From: a virus
Taxonomy: Duplodnaviria > Caudoviricetes
Strand: one strand, 5' to 3'
IMG/VR virus record: IMGVR_UViG_3300025674_000059
Location: 1 to 52,782 of that record
Length of the DNA stretch: 52,782 nt
Shown piece after piece: positions 1 through 11,500 of the stretch. Positions within the stretch are counted from its first letter, which is position 1; the number at the start of each line of letters is the position of its first letter. The notes below the pieces were generated by a model, which worked only from the letters and a program-made list of their open reading frames with translations, was not told where the DNA came from and ran no database searches. A program made the translations under genes and the position numbers.

Positions 1-2
1 CA

Positions 3-83
3 CTATCTTCATCTAATTCTGTCACTTTCGACATTTCCGCAGCTTTTGAAATTATCTACATACGAAACGGTGATTCCTTATGA
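3..83 (+). CDS. 3' end of a truncated upstream gene
   Basis: Open frame LSSSNSVTFDISAAFEIIYIRNGDSL ending in TGA that overlaps the next ATG (ATGA coupling). Confidence 0.5.
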   Translation, partial: LSSSNSVTFDISAAFEIIYIRNGDSL

Positions 84-406
84 GTGCAAAACGGCTAGAG
101 GAAGGTAGTGAATACGCCGAATACGATGCGGATGGCGACGGTGTTGTTACCGACGAAGAGTTAAACACCAGTAAAGAACTGCAAGAGCTACAGCTACAAC
201 ATGAACGTGCTGATGCACAAAGGGCTATGTCATGGTTTGCCTTGTGGGGCATGTTGCTCTACCCCAGCTTGGTTGTGGCATCGGAGCTTTTCGGGCTGGT
301 GCAAGCAGCAACGATTCTAGGTGATATGGCAGCGGTCTACTTTGTATCTGTCGCGGGTATACTGGCAGCGTTCTTTGGCGCACAGGCTTGGTCGAATAGG
401 AAGTAG
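80..406 (+). CDS. Membrane protein of the lysis cassette (holin/antiholin-like) with an N-terminal EF-hand-like loop
   Basis: Two hydrophobic helices; DADGDGVVTDEE loop; directly upstream of holin and lysozyme. Confidence 0.55.
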   Translation: MSAKRLEEGSEYAEYDADGDGVVTDEELNTSKELQELQLQHERADAQRAMSWFALWGMLLYPSLVVASELFGLVQAATILGDMAAVYFVSVAGILAAFFGAQAWSNRK

Positions 407-408
407 AT

Positions 409-792
409 ATGAGTATCGTCGCATCATTAGTAGGGCCGGTTACAGGGCTACTTGATAAGTTCATCGAGGACAAGGATCAGAAGAATGCCTTGGCCCATGA
501 GATTGCTACGATGTCGGAGCGCCACGCTCACGAAGCCCTCAAGGGTCAGCTTGAAATCAACAAGATGGAAGCTGCACATAAGTCGTTATTTGTTGCTGGA
601 TGGCGGCCTGCTATCGGCTGGATCTGCGCTCTAGGTCTGCTGTACAACACCATTATCGCTAACATAATCAGCATCTGGGTAGCTGTACCAGAGGTAGATA
701 CAACGCTGCTTGTGCCCGTTATGATGGGTATGCTTGGGTTAGGAGCGATGCGCTCATACGAGAAGGTTAACTCTGTAGCTAGGGAGAAGTAA
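409..792 (+). CDS. Holin (3TM, GTA-holin-like family)
   Basis: FVAGWRPAIGW and GMLGLGAMRSYEK motifs; adjacent to endolysin. Confidence 0.85.
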   Translation: MSIVASLVGPVTGLLDKFIEDKDQKNALAHEIATMSERHAHEALKGQLEINKMEAAHKSLFVAGWRPAIGWICALGLLYNTIIANIISIWVAVPEVDTTLLVPVMMGMLGLGAMRSYEKVNSVAREK

Positions 793-1211
793 TGACTCAG
801 CTAATTGAAATGATTAAACGTCATGAGGGTGTTAAATCTAAAGTTTATTTGTGCTCTGCTGGGTATGAAACGATAGGTGTCGGCAGAAATATCTCAGAGT
901 CTGGCCTTGGCTTGTCTGATGACGAGATTGAATACTTGCTGATGAATGATATAGCGCGAGTAAAGAGCGAGCTTGCAGACACATACTTCTGGTTCAATGG
1001 CATCAACGAAGCGCGACAGGACGCTATGGTTGACATCTGCTTCAACCTTGGTCTGACCAGATTGCGCGGTTTTGTAAAGGCACTTGAGGCTATGTCGCGT
1101 GAGCAGTTTGATATTGCGGCAGACGAGTTTATGGATAGCAAATGGGCGCAGCAGGTAGGTATGCGTGCCCTCCGAGTTACTGAAATGATCCGGTCTGGGG
1201 AGTATCAGTAA
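792..1211 (+). CDS. Endolysin, T4-like lysozyme (GH24)
   Basis: HEG...YLCSAGYETIGVGRN, FNLG and DSKWAQQVG motifs. Confidence 0.9.
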   Translation: MTQLIEMIKRHEGVKSKVYLCSAGYETIGVGRNISESGLGLSDDEIEYLLMNDIARVKSELADTYFWFNGINEARQDAMVDICFNLGLTRLRGFVKALEAMSREQFDIAADEFMDSKWAQQVGMRALRVTEMIRSGEYQ

Positions 1212-3091
1212 TGCCTTTGCAAAAATTTATATTTAACCCTGGAATCAACAAAGAAGGCACCGACTATAGTGCTGAGGGTGGCTGGTTCGACGCTAACTTA
1301 GTTCGGTTTCGTCAAGGGCTTCCAGAAAAGATTGGCGGCTGGGTAAAGTATATTCAGTCTTCTTTTACAGGGACAGGTAGAAAGTTACACGGCTGGGTTA
1401 CGTTAAACGGTACTAAAGCCTTGGGGATTGGTACAACATTTAAATTGTATTGGCAGGAAGGTGCTGATTATAACGATATCACCCCTATTCGAGAAACTAC
1501 TGCTGCAGGAGACGTTACGTTTTCTGCTTCTGACGGTTCTTCTACGATTACGATTACCGATACAAGTAATGGAGTCAATCTAAACGATTTTGTTACGTTT
1601 TCTGGCGCTGTTTCGTTAGGTGGCAATATTACAGCGGATGTTTTGAATCAAGAGTATCAAGTTGCTTCGGTAGTAACTACTGATACTTATACGATAGAAG
1701 CTAAAGATACTTCTGGGGTAACGGTAACTGCGAATGCCTCAGATACGGGTAACGGTGGGTCGTCTACGGTAGGAGCGTATCAAATTAACGTCGGTCTAGA
1801 CGTTTTTGTATCTGGTTCTGGTTACGGTGTTGGAACATGGGGTAGTGGAGGTTGGGGTTCATCTAGCTCGTTAACTGCTAATAATCAGTTACGACTATGG
1901 TCACTAGATAATTTTGGCGAAGATTTAATCGCTAATGTGCGGGCAGGCGGTGTTTACTACTGGGATTTTTCTACCTCTACTCAGCGAGCTAAAGCCCTTA
2001 AAGATATTTCAGGCGCAAATTTTGCTCCTACTGTCGGGTTACAGGTTTTAGTTTCTGATATTGATAGACATGTTATCGTTTTAGGTGCAGACCCAATAGA
2101 AAACGGCAGTAGGTCTGAGGTAATAGATCCGCTACTTATTGCATTTTCAGATCAAGAAAATCCGTTAGATTGGGAACCACGCGCTACAAATACTGCGGGT
2201 TCGTTACGATGTTCAGCAGGCTCAGAGATTATTGGTGGGTTACGAGCTAGACAGGAAACGCTCGTATGGACTGACGTAGCAATGTATAGCTTACAGTTTA
2301 TTGGCCCTCCAAATACGTTTGGTCTTACTCTTATTAACGAAGGCGTAAGTTTGATGAGTCCGAATGCTGCGGTAAACACTCCTAACGGTGTTTTTTGGAT
2401 GGATAAGAAAGGCTTTTATACTTACAACGGAGCTGTACAACCCGTACCGTGTAGTGTCCATTCTTATGTCTTTGACAATTTAAACGTCGGTCAAGCCTTC
2501 CAAGTATTTGGATTCGTAAATAAGCAGTTTGACGAGGTTGGTTGGTTTTATTGTTCTGGAACTAGCACTGAGCCAGATAGCTATGTTAGTTACAACTACA
2601 TCGAACAATCATGGTCTATTGGACAGCTTTCTCGCACCGCATGGTTAGACGAAGGAATCGAGTCTTTTCCTCGGGCTACTGGTAAATATAGCTCTACTTC
2701 TTACGTTTATTCCCACGAATCAGGGAACGATGATGACGGGGTTCCTATGGATAACGTCTTTATTGAAAGCGCTGATTTTGATATTGGGGAAGGAGACCAG
2801 TTCCAATTTATTCGTAGATGTATACCAGACGTTAAATTTACAGGTGATTCCGGTAGTACGCAGGCGATTAACTTCGTGTTAAAGGCCCGTAATTATCCTG
2901 GAGATTCCCTTACGACGGATATAACGTCTTCCTTTACCGGAAGTACGACTAAAATAGATACCCGCGCTAGGGGCCGACAAGCGGCGGTACGCTTCGAATC
3001 TAACGATAACGGAGAAATGGGAGATCGTTTAGGAGTAGGGTTTATAATTGGAGCAACTCGTTTAGAAATACAGCCTAACGGTAGACGGTAA
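1211..3091 (+). CDS. Tail tubular/head-closure (stabilisation) protein
   Basis: 626 aa beta-rich; N-terminal PGINKEGT and C-terminal RARGRQ...QPNGRR typical of marine podovirus tail nozzle proteins; precedes putative ejection proteins. Confidence 0.65.
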   Translation: MPLQKFIFNPGINKEGTDYSAEGGWFDANLVRFRQGLPEKIGGWVKYIQSSFTGTGRKLHGWVTLNGTKALGIGTTFKLYWQEGADYNDITPIRETTAAGDVTFSASDGSSTITITDTSNGVNLNDFVTFSGAVSLGGNITADVLNQEYQVASVVTTDTYTIEAKDTSGVTVTANASDTGNGGSSTVGAYQINVGLDVFVSGSGYGVGTWGSGGWGSSSSLTANNQLRLWSLDNFGEDLIANVRAGGVYYWDFSTSTQRAKALKDISGANFAPTVGLQVLVSDIDRHVIVLGADPIENGSRSEVIDPLLIAFSDQENPLDWEPRATNTAGSLRCSAGSEIIGGLRARQETLVWTDVAMYSLQFIGPPNTFGLTLINEGVSLMSPNAAVNTPNGVFWMDKKGFYTYNGAVQPVPCSVHSYVFDNLNVGQAFQVFGFVNKQFDEVGWFYCSGTSTEPDSYVSYNYIEQSWSIGQLSRTAWLDEGIESFPRATGKYSSTSYVYSHESGNDDDGVPMDNVFIESADFDIGEGDQFQFIRRCIPDVKFTGDSGSTQAINFVLKARNYPGDSLTTDITSSFTGSTTKIDTRARGRQAAVRFESNDNGEMGDRLGVGFIIGATRLEIQPNGRR

Positions 3092-3420
3092 TGGCTAGAA
3101 TTCTTAACGGAAGATTGCCTGTTGTTAACCAAGATCCGGTAGATAGTGGAGCTTTTAACAGGGCTATGCGGGTGTTGGAGCTTGGTTTAGGGTCGTTCGA
3201 TCCTACAGCAACCCCGCAATACACCAGCTCTAATAGAGACGAGCTAAGTTTTGCGGTAGGCGATATTATTTGGAATACTACAGAAGAGGTTCTTCAAGTA
3301 TATTTGGGCAATTCTTGGCAGAATATTTCAACGCCAAGCACCTCTGGACTGAGCGCAACAGGGAGCGTAGGTACGGTTCAGGTGGTTACTAACGGCAACA
3401 TTACGGTAGCGGTGGCTTAA
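3091..3420 (+). CDS. Small tail-associated structural protein
   Basis: Translationally coupled; GDIIWNTTEEVLQVY motif of tail-fibre-like proteins. Confidence 0.5.
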   Translation: MARILNGRLPVVNQDPVDSGAFNRAMRVLELGLGSFDPTATPQYTSSNRDELSFAVGDIIWNTTEEVLQVYLGNSWQNISTPSTSGLSATGSVGTVQVVTNGNITVAVA

Positions 3421-4346
3421 TGGCTAGTATTTACAACGATGACCAACGTCAATCTTTAATAAATTCGATGACTAATCCTGAATCCAATGCTACTAAATTT
3501 GTAGAGCAAGGCGAAGATATTGGCATGCCTCGCGACGTTACGATGGATATCCTCAATCGTTACGCAACTTACGGGGCGAATACGGGAATCGGGAATCTTG
3601 GTGGCGAACGACTAGTTAATGCTCTTAATGACGAATATCGTAAACGTGTTGATGAGCCACTTCAAGAAATGCCTAAAGAAGCGTTTATTGGTGGGTTAGC
3701 TGAGTTTCTAGCGAATCTTGGTTCGTCTGCTATACAGGGGATAGGAAATGTTGGCAGTAGTATCGCGGATGTTTTCGCAGGTGCTCCGACGGAACTTAGT
3801 GGAGAGGCTGCTAAGGAAAGTTTAGCTGCTCTTGACGCAGCCGCAGCTCCAGGAGTGGAAGCGGCTTCTGTAACTGACGCAGGAGCTACAGGTGGAGCAC
3901 TTAACAGTCCTGTTTCGCTAGAAAACTCGCTACTGCCGGAAGCTACTCGTTTAGAAAAGTTTCAAAAGTATTTAGACGAAAATCCTTTAGTTGCTAGACA
4001 GCTTATGTCTTCGGGGCAAGACATTGGTAAAATTCTTGGGCAAGCTCTCGGGGGCGGCGGTAAACGTGAAAGTAAAATCCCTATCCGCGCTCCGCGTCCT
4101 AGGTTTCAGCCAGGAGCTATCCGCAGCCAACGTATCGGTATGGAAGATGGTGGTAGTGTGCTAGGCCGTAAATTGTTTTTAGATGGCGGTGAAATTGACG
4201 GGCCTGGAGGCCCAAAAGAAGATTTAGTTCCAATATGGGCGAGCGATAAAGAATACGTTGTTTCACATCAAGGCGTAAAAAATATGGGTGGCGGTGATTT
4301 CGATAAAGGAATCGCGGCTCTTGATAAAGTTAACTTTGGTAAATAA
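3420..4346 (+). CDS. Putative internal virion protein
   Basis: Gly/Ala-rich; MEDGG and DGGEIDGPGGPKED...EYVV motifs; position after tail genes. Confidence 0.5.
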   Translation: MASIYNDDQRQSLINSMTNPESNATKFVEQGEDIGMPRDVTMDILNRYATYGANTGIGNLGGERLVNALNDEYRKRVDEPLQEMPKEAFIGGLAEFLANLGSSAIQGIGNVGSSIADVFAGAPTELSGEAAKESLAALDAAAAPGVEAASVTDAGATGGALNSPVSLENSLLPEATRLEKFQKYLDENPLVARQLMSSGQDIGKILGQALGGGGKRESKIPIRAPRPRFQPGAIRSQRIGMEDGGSVLGRKLFLDGGEIDGPGGPKEDLVPIWASDKEYVVSHQGVKNMGGGDFDKGIAALDKVNFGK

Positions 4347-4348
4347 TC

Positions 4349-6229
4349 ATGGCTGAAAACGATCAAGCGTATAGTTATCAGGCTCCTGATCGAAATATCT
4401 ATAACCTCCTTATGGGGTCAGGGAATCGTTTTGGTCTTATGCCTCAAGTTGAGGCGTACTACCGTAGCCAATTTGAAAATTTAGGTGGAGCGGATACTAA
4501 CCCGTTTACTTATACAGGTGATCGTATTGCAGAATTTTCTCCTAGAGAAGAATACGCAATGCAACTCGCCGATCAAGGTATCGGTGCATACGCCCCGTAT
4601 CTTTCTCGCGCTAAAGGATTAACCGAAGAAGCCTTAGCTACGATGGCAGGCGGTAGCGCAGAAGCTAAAGCCGCACTACTTCGTGCACAACAACAAGGTG
4701 AAGATTATACTCGTACAGGATTACAAAAAGGAACTGATTTCCTTGGTCGAAGTATAGATAAAACATCTGAAGCAGAACAAGGACTTATGGGCCGTCTTCG
4801 TCAAGCGGAAGGCGCTTTTCGTGGAGCAGAACGAGAAGGGTTAGATTACGCTTCTGAAGCAGAACGTATCGCTCGTGAAGGTCAGGCAATAACCGATCCA
4901 TTTTATCAAGAAGGTATTGCAGGAGTACGACAAGGTCGCGAAGCAGAAATAAGTGGTTTAAGTGCCGCTGACCGAGCTGCCCGTCGAGGAGTATCTGCCC
5001 AGAGTCCGTATTTACAAGAAGCCTTACAACAAACTCGCGCTAGTACGGCGGGGTTCGATCCGTCTTCTGTTTCTTCGTATATGAATCCATATGAAGATGC
5101 AGTTGTACAACAGACCATTAAGGATATTCAAAAGGGACAATCTCAAAGCGATATCGCTAGGCGAGCTAGTGAAATTGGTTCAGGAGCGTTTGGTGGTTCT
5201 CGTAGTCGATTAGGACAAGAAGAATCAGATATAGCCGCGAACCGTGGAATGATGGAAGCTGTTGGGGCATTGCGTAGCCAAGGTTATCAAAGTGCTCGTG
5301 ACGCTGCGATGGGAGAGTTTGGTAGGGCTAGAGCCGCTGAAGCAGGCGCGGCAGGTATGACGGCTGGCTTAGGTGCGCAGGCAGGAGGCGCGGAGTCGGG
5401 ATTAGCCCAGCTACTAGCGGGAACCTCTGGTCAACGAGGTTCAGCTTACCGTGGTTCCGGAGCTGAGATTGCTGGATTAGGTGGTGCAATGGGCGGAAGC
5501 CGAGAGCGTCTCGCAGGCACTGTCGGTGCTTTAGGTTCTCAACGGTCTGGTTATCGCTCGGGGCTAGGTACTAACCTGAGTAATATCGGTCAAACTGGTT
5601 ACGGTGCTAAAATGGGTACAGCAGGCGCGTTGTCGGGAGCTGGCTCAGAACTATACGGTATGGGTACGGGCGCGGGACGACAGTTTTACGATATGGGCGC
5701 AGGAGCTTCATCAGGATTAGCTGGTTTAGCTGGACAATTATCCGGAGCGCAAACAGGGGCTGCTGGCGCTTATCAGGGTCTGGCTGGCGCTGAACAAGGT
5801 TTCCGTCAAGGCGATATCGGTTCGATGATGAATATCGGTGCGATGAATCGCGCTAGAAATCAAGCTGGTTTAGATTTAAATTATCAAAACTTTGTTGGGC
5901 AATATAATATGCCGCAACAGTTAATGTCAGGTTACGCAAACTTCTTAACTGGCGCTGGCCCGTTAGCTGGTGGTACAGGATATTCTGGAACCACGCAAGC
6001 AACGCCGTTTAGCGGATATGGAACAGCTACAGGAAGTAATTTCTCGTATCCTGCTTACGGAATGCAGGACGGCGGTCGCGTTATACCTCAAGGTAATAAA
6101 GGATTGGCGGCGTTATCGCGAAAAGCACCTGAAGTAGTACGCAAGATGGGGTTTACTCCAGCTAAGAAAAACATGGGCGGGGCTATTAATCCTCGATTCC
6201 CAATGGCATCCCGTAAATTAGGGGTATAA
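4349..6229 (+). CDS. Putative DNA ejection/pilot protein
   Basis: Gly/Ala/Gln-rich helical; YMNPY...VV and GAFGGSR motifs typical of podovirus ejection proteins. Confidence 0.65.
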   Translation: MAENDQAYSYQAPDRNIYNLLMGSGNRFGLMPQVEAYYRSQFENLGGADTNPFTYTGDRIAEFSPREEYAMQLADQGIGAYAPYLSRAKGLTEEALATMAGGSAEAKAALLRAQQQGEDYTRTGLQKGTDFLGRSIDKTSEAEQGLMGRLRQAEGAFRGAEREGLDYASEAERIAREGQAITDPFYQEGIAGVRQGREAEISGLSAADRAARRGVSAQSPYLQEALQQTRASTAGFDPSSVSSYMNPYEDAVVQQTIKDIQKGQSQSDIARRASEIGSGAFGGSRSRLGQEESDIAANRGMMEAVGALRSQGYQSARDAAMGEFGRARAAEAGAAGMTAGLGAQAGGAESGLAQLLAGTSGQRGSAYRGSGAEIAGLGGAMGGSRERLAGTVGALGSQRSGYRSGLGTNLSNIGQTGYGAKMGTAGALSGAGSELYGMGTGAGRQFYDMGAGASSGLAGLAGQLSGAQTGAAGAYQGLAGAEQGFRQGDIGSMMNIGAMNRARNQAGLDLNYQNFVGQYNMPQQLMSGYANFLTGAGPLAGGTGYSGTTQATPFSGYGTATGSNFSYPAYGMQDGGRVIPQGNKGLAALSRKAPEVVRKMGFTPAKKNMGGAINPRFPMASRKLGV

Positions 6230-6230
6230 C

Positions 6231-8525
6231 GTGGCGAATAATTTCGGTTTTAATATCGGCGGCGGTGGCGGGGGTATTGCTAATTTAGTTCAGGCACCTA
6301 AAGTTACGCCTGTACGTTCAGTTCAATTTGCACCTACGCCTCAGCGTCGTGTACAACGCGACGAAAAAGATCCTAAAAAACAGATCCTTGGTGCGTTGTT
6401 AGGTACAGCTGCTCCGTTTGCGGCAGACGCTGCATTAAAAGGTTTAGGTTCAATAACGGGGTTAGAAGATAAGTTTTTTAAACCAGACCCCATGGCAGTT
6501 TCAGCGCAAGTTCCTGACATAGACGCGCCTGAAGATATAGCTGCTGGCGAAGGATTTAGCCCAGAAGAACTTAGGCAAAGAATAAGAAACCAACGATTAG
6601 CGGAAATTTCTAATTCTCTCCCGCAAATCGGCACACAAAGAAAAACAGGGTTAGGGAACTTAGCCAGCTCATTACTACAGTTTGCTCCTGCTTTTGCATT
6701 AGCAGGAGACGAGGACGACGGTTCTGCAGGCGCGTTTATTAGCGCAGCGAACGCAGCTAGAAAATTAGACGCAGCTACAGAACGGTCAGAAATAGATGCA
6801 GCGATAAGAAGAAGCCAAAGCAGAGCTTCTGAATTTGCCAAAGTAGATCCTAAACTTACCGCAGTTACCGTTAATGGTTGGAAAGATGTAGACGGCAAGC
6901 TCGAAGGATATCAAACTAGAGCACTTCGTGATGAAAACGGGGTGACTTGGGTTGAAAGTCGTGGAGATGCTCGATTTGATAAACAGCAAGGTACTAACGA
7001 AGTTGTTCCTAAAGGTCAGTATTACCGCAACACTGACCTAACTTTGTTAGACGGAGAAATAGCAGAAGTTAAAACCGAAACTTTCCAAGATTCAGGCGGG
7101 AAAACTGACGGACAACTTTACGAAGTAAGTTTAGTTAACGCTATGGATCCTAAAACTGGACAAAGGGTAATAGAAAGACGAGTATTACAAGACGACGGAA
7201 CATATAAAACTGTCGCCCAAATGAAACAAGAAGGATATAACTTAGTTTCAAGTGTTGATTTAACAACCGAACGAGCCGTTCCTGGAAGGTTAAAAACGAA
7301 TGCGCAGAATAAATTAGATAATTATGTGTTACGCAGAAACGGCACTCGTAATCTCGTTGCTTTAGCTACTCAGATTTTTGACCGTTTAGGTATGGCAGGT
7401 GCGTCTGTAGACGAAAATGGTGATTTAGTAAGAGACGAAAACGGAAACATCGTAGGTTTAGACGAAAGTATTACGACAGGTTCTACTGAGTATGCTGCAA
7501 ATCTTACCGATATTCTTGATAGAAACGTCAGGATGTTTGGTTCAAAAATGGCCCAGCTATACGGTATGGAAGGGGCTGATGAAACGTCTGTTTTTGATGA
7601 ATTTATAAATAGAAATGTAGACCCAGATGCTGGTGCAGGAGCTGTACAACTTTCTGGTACTTTAGGTGCGTATCAGGCCGCTTTAGAAAGCACCGATCCT
7701 GCGGATATAAGAAATACACGATCATTGTTAGTAGATGACCTACTGACCATTAGAAACAGCACTACTTCAAAAGATGCGGATAGCAAGACAAGTTGGCTTA
7801 ACTTAGATAGAAAAGCATTAGATGAATATCTTCAAGACACTGGATTTTACGGTGCCGCACAAATCCGTTTAGCGTTTTTAATGGCTACTGCTAGAGGTGA
7901 ATCGCTATCAAGGATTTCTGATAGAGACGTGGCTTTAAATCTACAAACGATGGGTTTTGAAGACGGTGCCCCTTCTGTAGTTGTAGATAAACTGGGTGGA
8001 GCTATTTTCGACGCGATTAGAAATGTTGATAGAGAATTTGCGGGTTCTTCTACGCTGCGAAAAGTAGAGCTGCTAGAAAAGATGTCTCCTGCAGAACAAA
8101 CTAGTACTTTAGAAAATATTCGAGATGATTTTGCAGCTAGATATAATTTAGATACTGGCCCAGATTCAGACATTGACAGACTTTATAATTCTGAAGATCC
8201 TACAGAAATAGCTAGATTACGCAGGAAAATAAGAGGAGATGCGCAAAGAAATGTAGGTGGCGCTGGAACGAATACTTTTATTTACGATCCAAAACTCCAA
8301 ATGTTTTTACCTGCAACAGTTGCCAGAGAAATACTTAAAGGCGAAGACCCAGAGTTCGGTAAGTTCGGTCGATATTTAGGTATGTTAAAATATAATTTAC
8401 GAACTGGCCAAACTCCTGGAAAACGAAGCACCGCTCCAGCTCGCTCTCGTAATCGCACTACAACAACAACTCCAGGAGGAACTAAAACTACAGGCGCGTT
8501 TAGTCAACGAGTACAGAGCCAATAA
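6231..8525 (+). CDS. Putative internal virion protein
   Basis: 764 aa, GTG start, within the ejection-protein cluster. Confidence 0.5.
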   Translation: MANNFGFNIGGGGGGIANLVQAPKVTPVRSVQFAPTPQRRVQRDEKDPKKQILGALLGTAAPFAADAALKGLGSITGLEDKFFKPDPMAVSAQVPDIDAPEDIAAGEGFSPEELRQRIRNQRLAEISNSLPQIGTQRKTGLGNLASSLLQFAPAFALAGDEDDGSAGAFISAANAARKLDAATERSEIDAAIRRSQSRASEFAKVDPKLTAVTVNGWKDVDGKLEGYQTRALRDENGVTWVESRGDARFDKQQGTNEVVPKGQYYRNTDLTLLDGEIAEVKTETFQDSGGKTDGQLYEVSLVNAMDPKTGQRVIERRVLQDDGTYKTVAQMKQEGYNLVSSVDLTTERAVPGRLKTNAQNKLDNYVLRRNGTRNLVALATQIFDRLGMAGASVDENGDLVRDENGNIVGLDESITTGSTEYAANLTDILDRNVRMFGSKMAQLYGMEGADETSVFDEFINRNVDPDAGAGAVQLSGTLGAYQAALESTDPADIRNTRSLLVDDLLTIRNSTTSKDADSKTSWLNLDRKALDEYLQDTGFYGAAQIRLAFLMATARGESLSRISDRDVALNLQTMGFEDGAPSVVVDKLGGAIFDAIRNVDREFAGSSTLRKVELLEKMSPAEQTSTLENIRDDFAARYNLDTGPDSDIDRLYNSEDPTEIARLRRKIRGDAQRNVGGAGTNTFIYDPKLQMFLPATVAREILKGEDPEFGKFGRYLGMLKYNLRTGQTPGKRSTAPARSRNRTTTTTPGGTKTTGAFSQRVQSQ

Positions 8526-8527
8526 CT

Positions 8528-11500
8528 ATGTCTAGTGAATTTTTACTTACAAAAGACCCGTTTTACGAGTCCGACGTTTTTGGAACGATCGCTACTGAAG
8601 CGGGTATAGATGCGTATTTAGATTCCGAAGGCGAAATAAACTCACGTTATCGCGATAGTGAAGGTAATATCCGAGCTTATACTCCTAAACAGATATTAGA
8701 TTCAGGTGGCCCAAGGGCAAATGTAGTTCAAGAAGTTCAAACAGGGCAGGGAAAACAAAAGGTCGCGTTATCTAATCCTGATTTTTTCCGTTTCGCAGCG
8801 ACATTAGAACAAGTTTTAAACGACCCTGAGAGATTACAACAAGTTCAAGACGAACTAGGCGTGAACGTTGATAAGCTGCGCTCTGACTTTGAAGCAGTCG
8901 AGCCTATCTACAGCGAAATGCATGCGCGTATTGGTAGGAACAGAGATCAAGCCCTAGTCTCTACTGACTATGAAAAACGAGAACAAGATGAGGAGCCGCT
9001 AGTTCCTCCAGCTATGCAAGTTAGCAGTGGCCTTCTTGGTTACGGCCTTATTCGGGGGGCCGAAGCTATTCGAGGGCTATCGTTTGAAACTAATGAGGCT
9101 CAACGAGAAGCGTCAGTTTTACGAGGAGTAAACCCCCGCTACGTTGAAAACTCTTATGAAGAGTTCGCCCCTATTGATTCTGATTATTTTTATCGTTCAG
9201 GCGTTTCCCCTGTTTTTCCGACTCCGACAGAATATAAAAACATTATTCGGAAGTTCGACCCCGAAGCTGAGGTCGAATTAATTAATCCTCGTAACCCTCA
9301 AGATGGGTTAATCGTTAAAAGTAAATTTAACCCCTTTGACGAAGAGCGTGGGGATTACGCATGGCTTCCTGTAGCTAACGTACAGCCTGTTGAAGAAGCA
9401 TTGGAAGGCGACATCTCTCCTGCGTTACGGGAGCTTGCTAAATTTGGAGCGCAAGAGGGCGCGGGAATCGCGGCTGGTGGTTTTCTTACAAACGTAGCTG
9501 GTAAAGTAGCTAAAAACAGAATCCAGCAAAGACTGCAAAGAAAAGCTACCGATATAGATGAAGGCGAAGCTCTTTACAGATTACCTGAATCTAGGTTCGG
9601 TAAGGCAGTGGTTGAAGTTGGAGCTACAGCACTCGGAGTAGCTGGCACTGAAACTCTTATACGATTTGGACAACTTGCTTTAGGTGCAACCGAAGCAGGT
9701 GGTAACGTACAGCCCGACCTAACTTTTGAAAGAGCAGCAGAAGATTCGGGAGCCGTGTTTAAAGCTGCGCTTATGTATGGTGCAGCAGGAGACGCATTCC
9801 TTAGAAGCCTTGGGGCTATGTGGTCTAAATTGACTGGTCGACCAGTATCTAGTGAAATAATTGATACAATGATGGTCGAAGCAAGAGTATTAGGCGATAA
9901 AATTCGTCGAGTCAATAACGGTGATGCAGACGCGCTTCCTGAGGAAACGACTCCCGAAATGCGTCGAAGAATTACCGAAGTTGTTCAAGAAGGAACTGAT
10001 TCCGCTGAACAATTTGACGAACTAACTCCTGCAGAAATTATAAGAATTACCCAAGAAGGTTCTACAGAAGCAGCGAAGAGAATTAGGCAGCAAGCTCAAA
10101 CTCTTGGACAGATGTCTGATAACGAACAAATTATAGCGTTTGAAGAATTAATGTCGGAAATTGCTTTAGAAATGCCGATAGCTGGAAGATTAGAAGATTT
10201 TCATAGGTCAAACTCTTCGTTGTTAGAACAGTTTTATACTGATATTTTAAGAAAATCGGGTCTTAATCCTAGAGAGGCTGAAGATTTAGGAATTACTAAA
10301 GAAACATTAAACGATGTTTTTACTGGTATTCGTAGTCAGAAATTAGTTAGCGAGCTTTCAGAAGAAGAACGAGCATTAGCCGAAAATATGGCTAATCAGC
10401 AATTAGGGCAAGCATTTGCGTTAGATACTTCTCGAGCTGGAAGACAACAAGCTGCAGAAAACATTCAAGAACAAGTAAGTACAGCACAAAGTCAAGCATT
10501 CCCTGATCGAAAATCAAGGCTTATTGTTCAGCGCAGTGAAGAACTAGACGGCACCCGTTCTCAAATAGACGGTATATTATCTAGAGAGCAATATAACGAT
10601 AGCCAAGCGACTGTCAAACTTCCTAAATACATAAAAGTCGCTCTTGAAGATTTTTTAAACGCTAATAAACAAGAAGGTATTGTATTCGGCTCTGAAGACG
10701 CAGCTGAAGCAGCAGAATTTATTAGAGCTATTTTGCCGAATCGAGAAACTGAAGGGATAAGTATCCAACTACTATTGGGGCAGGGTCGAGAGGGGGGCCA
10801 GTTTTTACCTCAACGAGACTTTACTCAACGAGAGTTAATTTTAACTAGGGAAAACTTATCCGCAGCAGTATCTGGACACCCTAATAAAGTTATTCGTGAA
10901 AAAGGCCAAGCACTGCTTGACAGTATTGATAACGCAATCGACGATAACTTTCGTCAAATGTATAGGATACAGACCGGCAGAAAAGCTCCAGAGAATATGG
11001 AAAAAGTTTACGACGAAGTTGGTCGTGAATACCAAATTCTTGCTACGAAACTTGCCGATCAACAAAGAGATTTATCTGCTCGGTTTTTAGTGGACATCGC
11101 TAAAAAAGACGAATCTGAAATAGGTTCATTTATTAGAACTACCAATCCTGGACAAGTTAGAGCATTAGTTGAATTTATTAGTAGACAAGAGGGCGGATTA
11201 GAAAAATTACAGTCGATTAAATCAACTGTTTTAGAGTCTGTTCAACGAGAAATTGATGTAGATAATGTCGATGTCGGCACAGCCCGTAACCGCTTTAACT
11301 CAATCATGTCTAAAAACGAAGAACAGCTTCGTGCATTGTTTCCAGAAGATTTTGTAAAATTTGAAAACTATCGTGACTTTTTAACTAACGCTAGAGAGTC
11401 TATCACTAAGTCACAAGCTAATGTTCGAGCTATTAATAAAGAACTTGAGAAACTAGCTGATGATACAGGTAGATTTCCTACATTAACGCAAACGTTAGAC

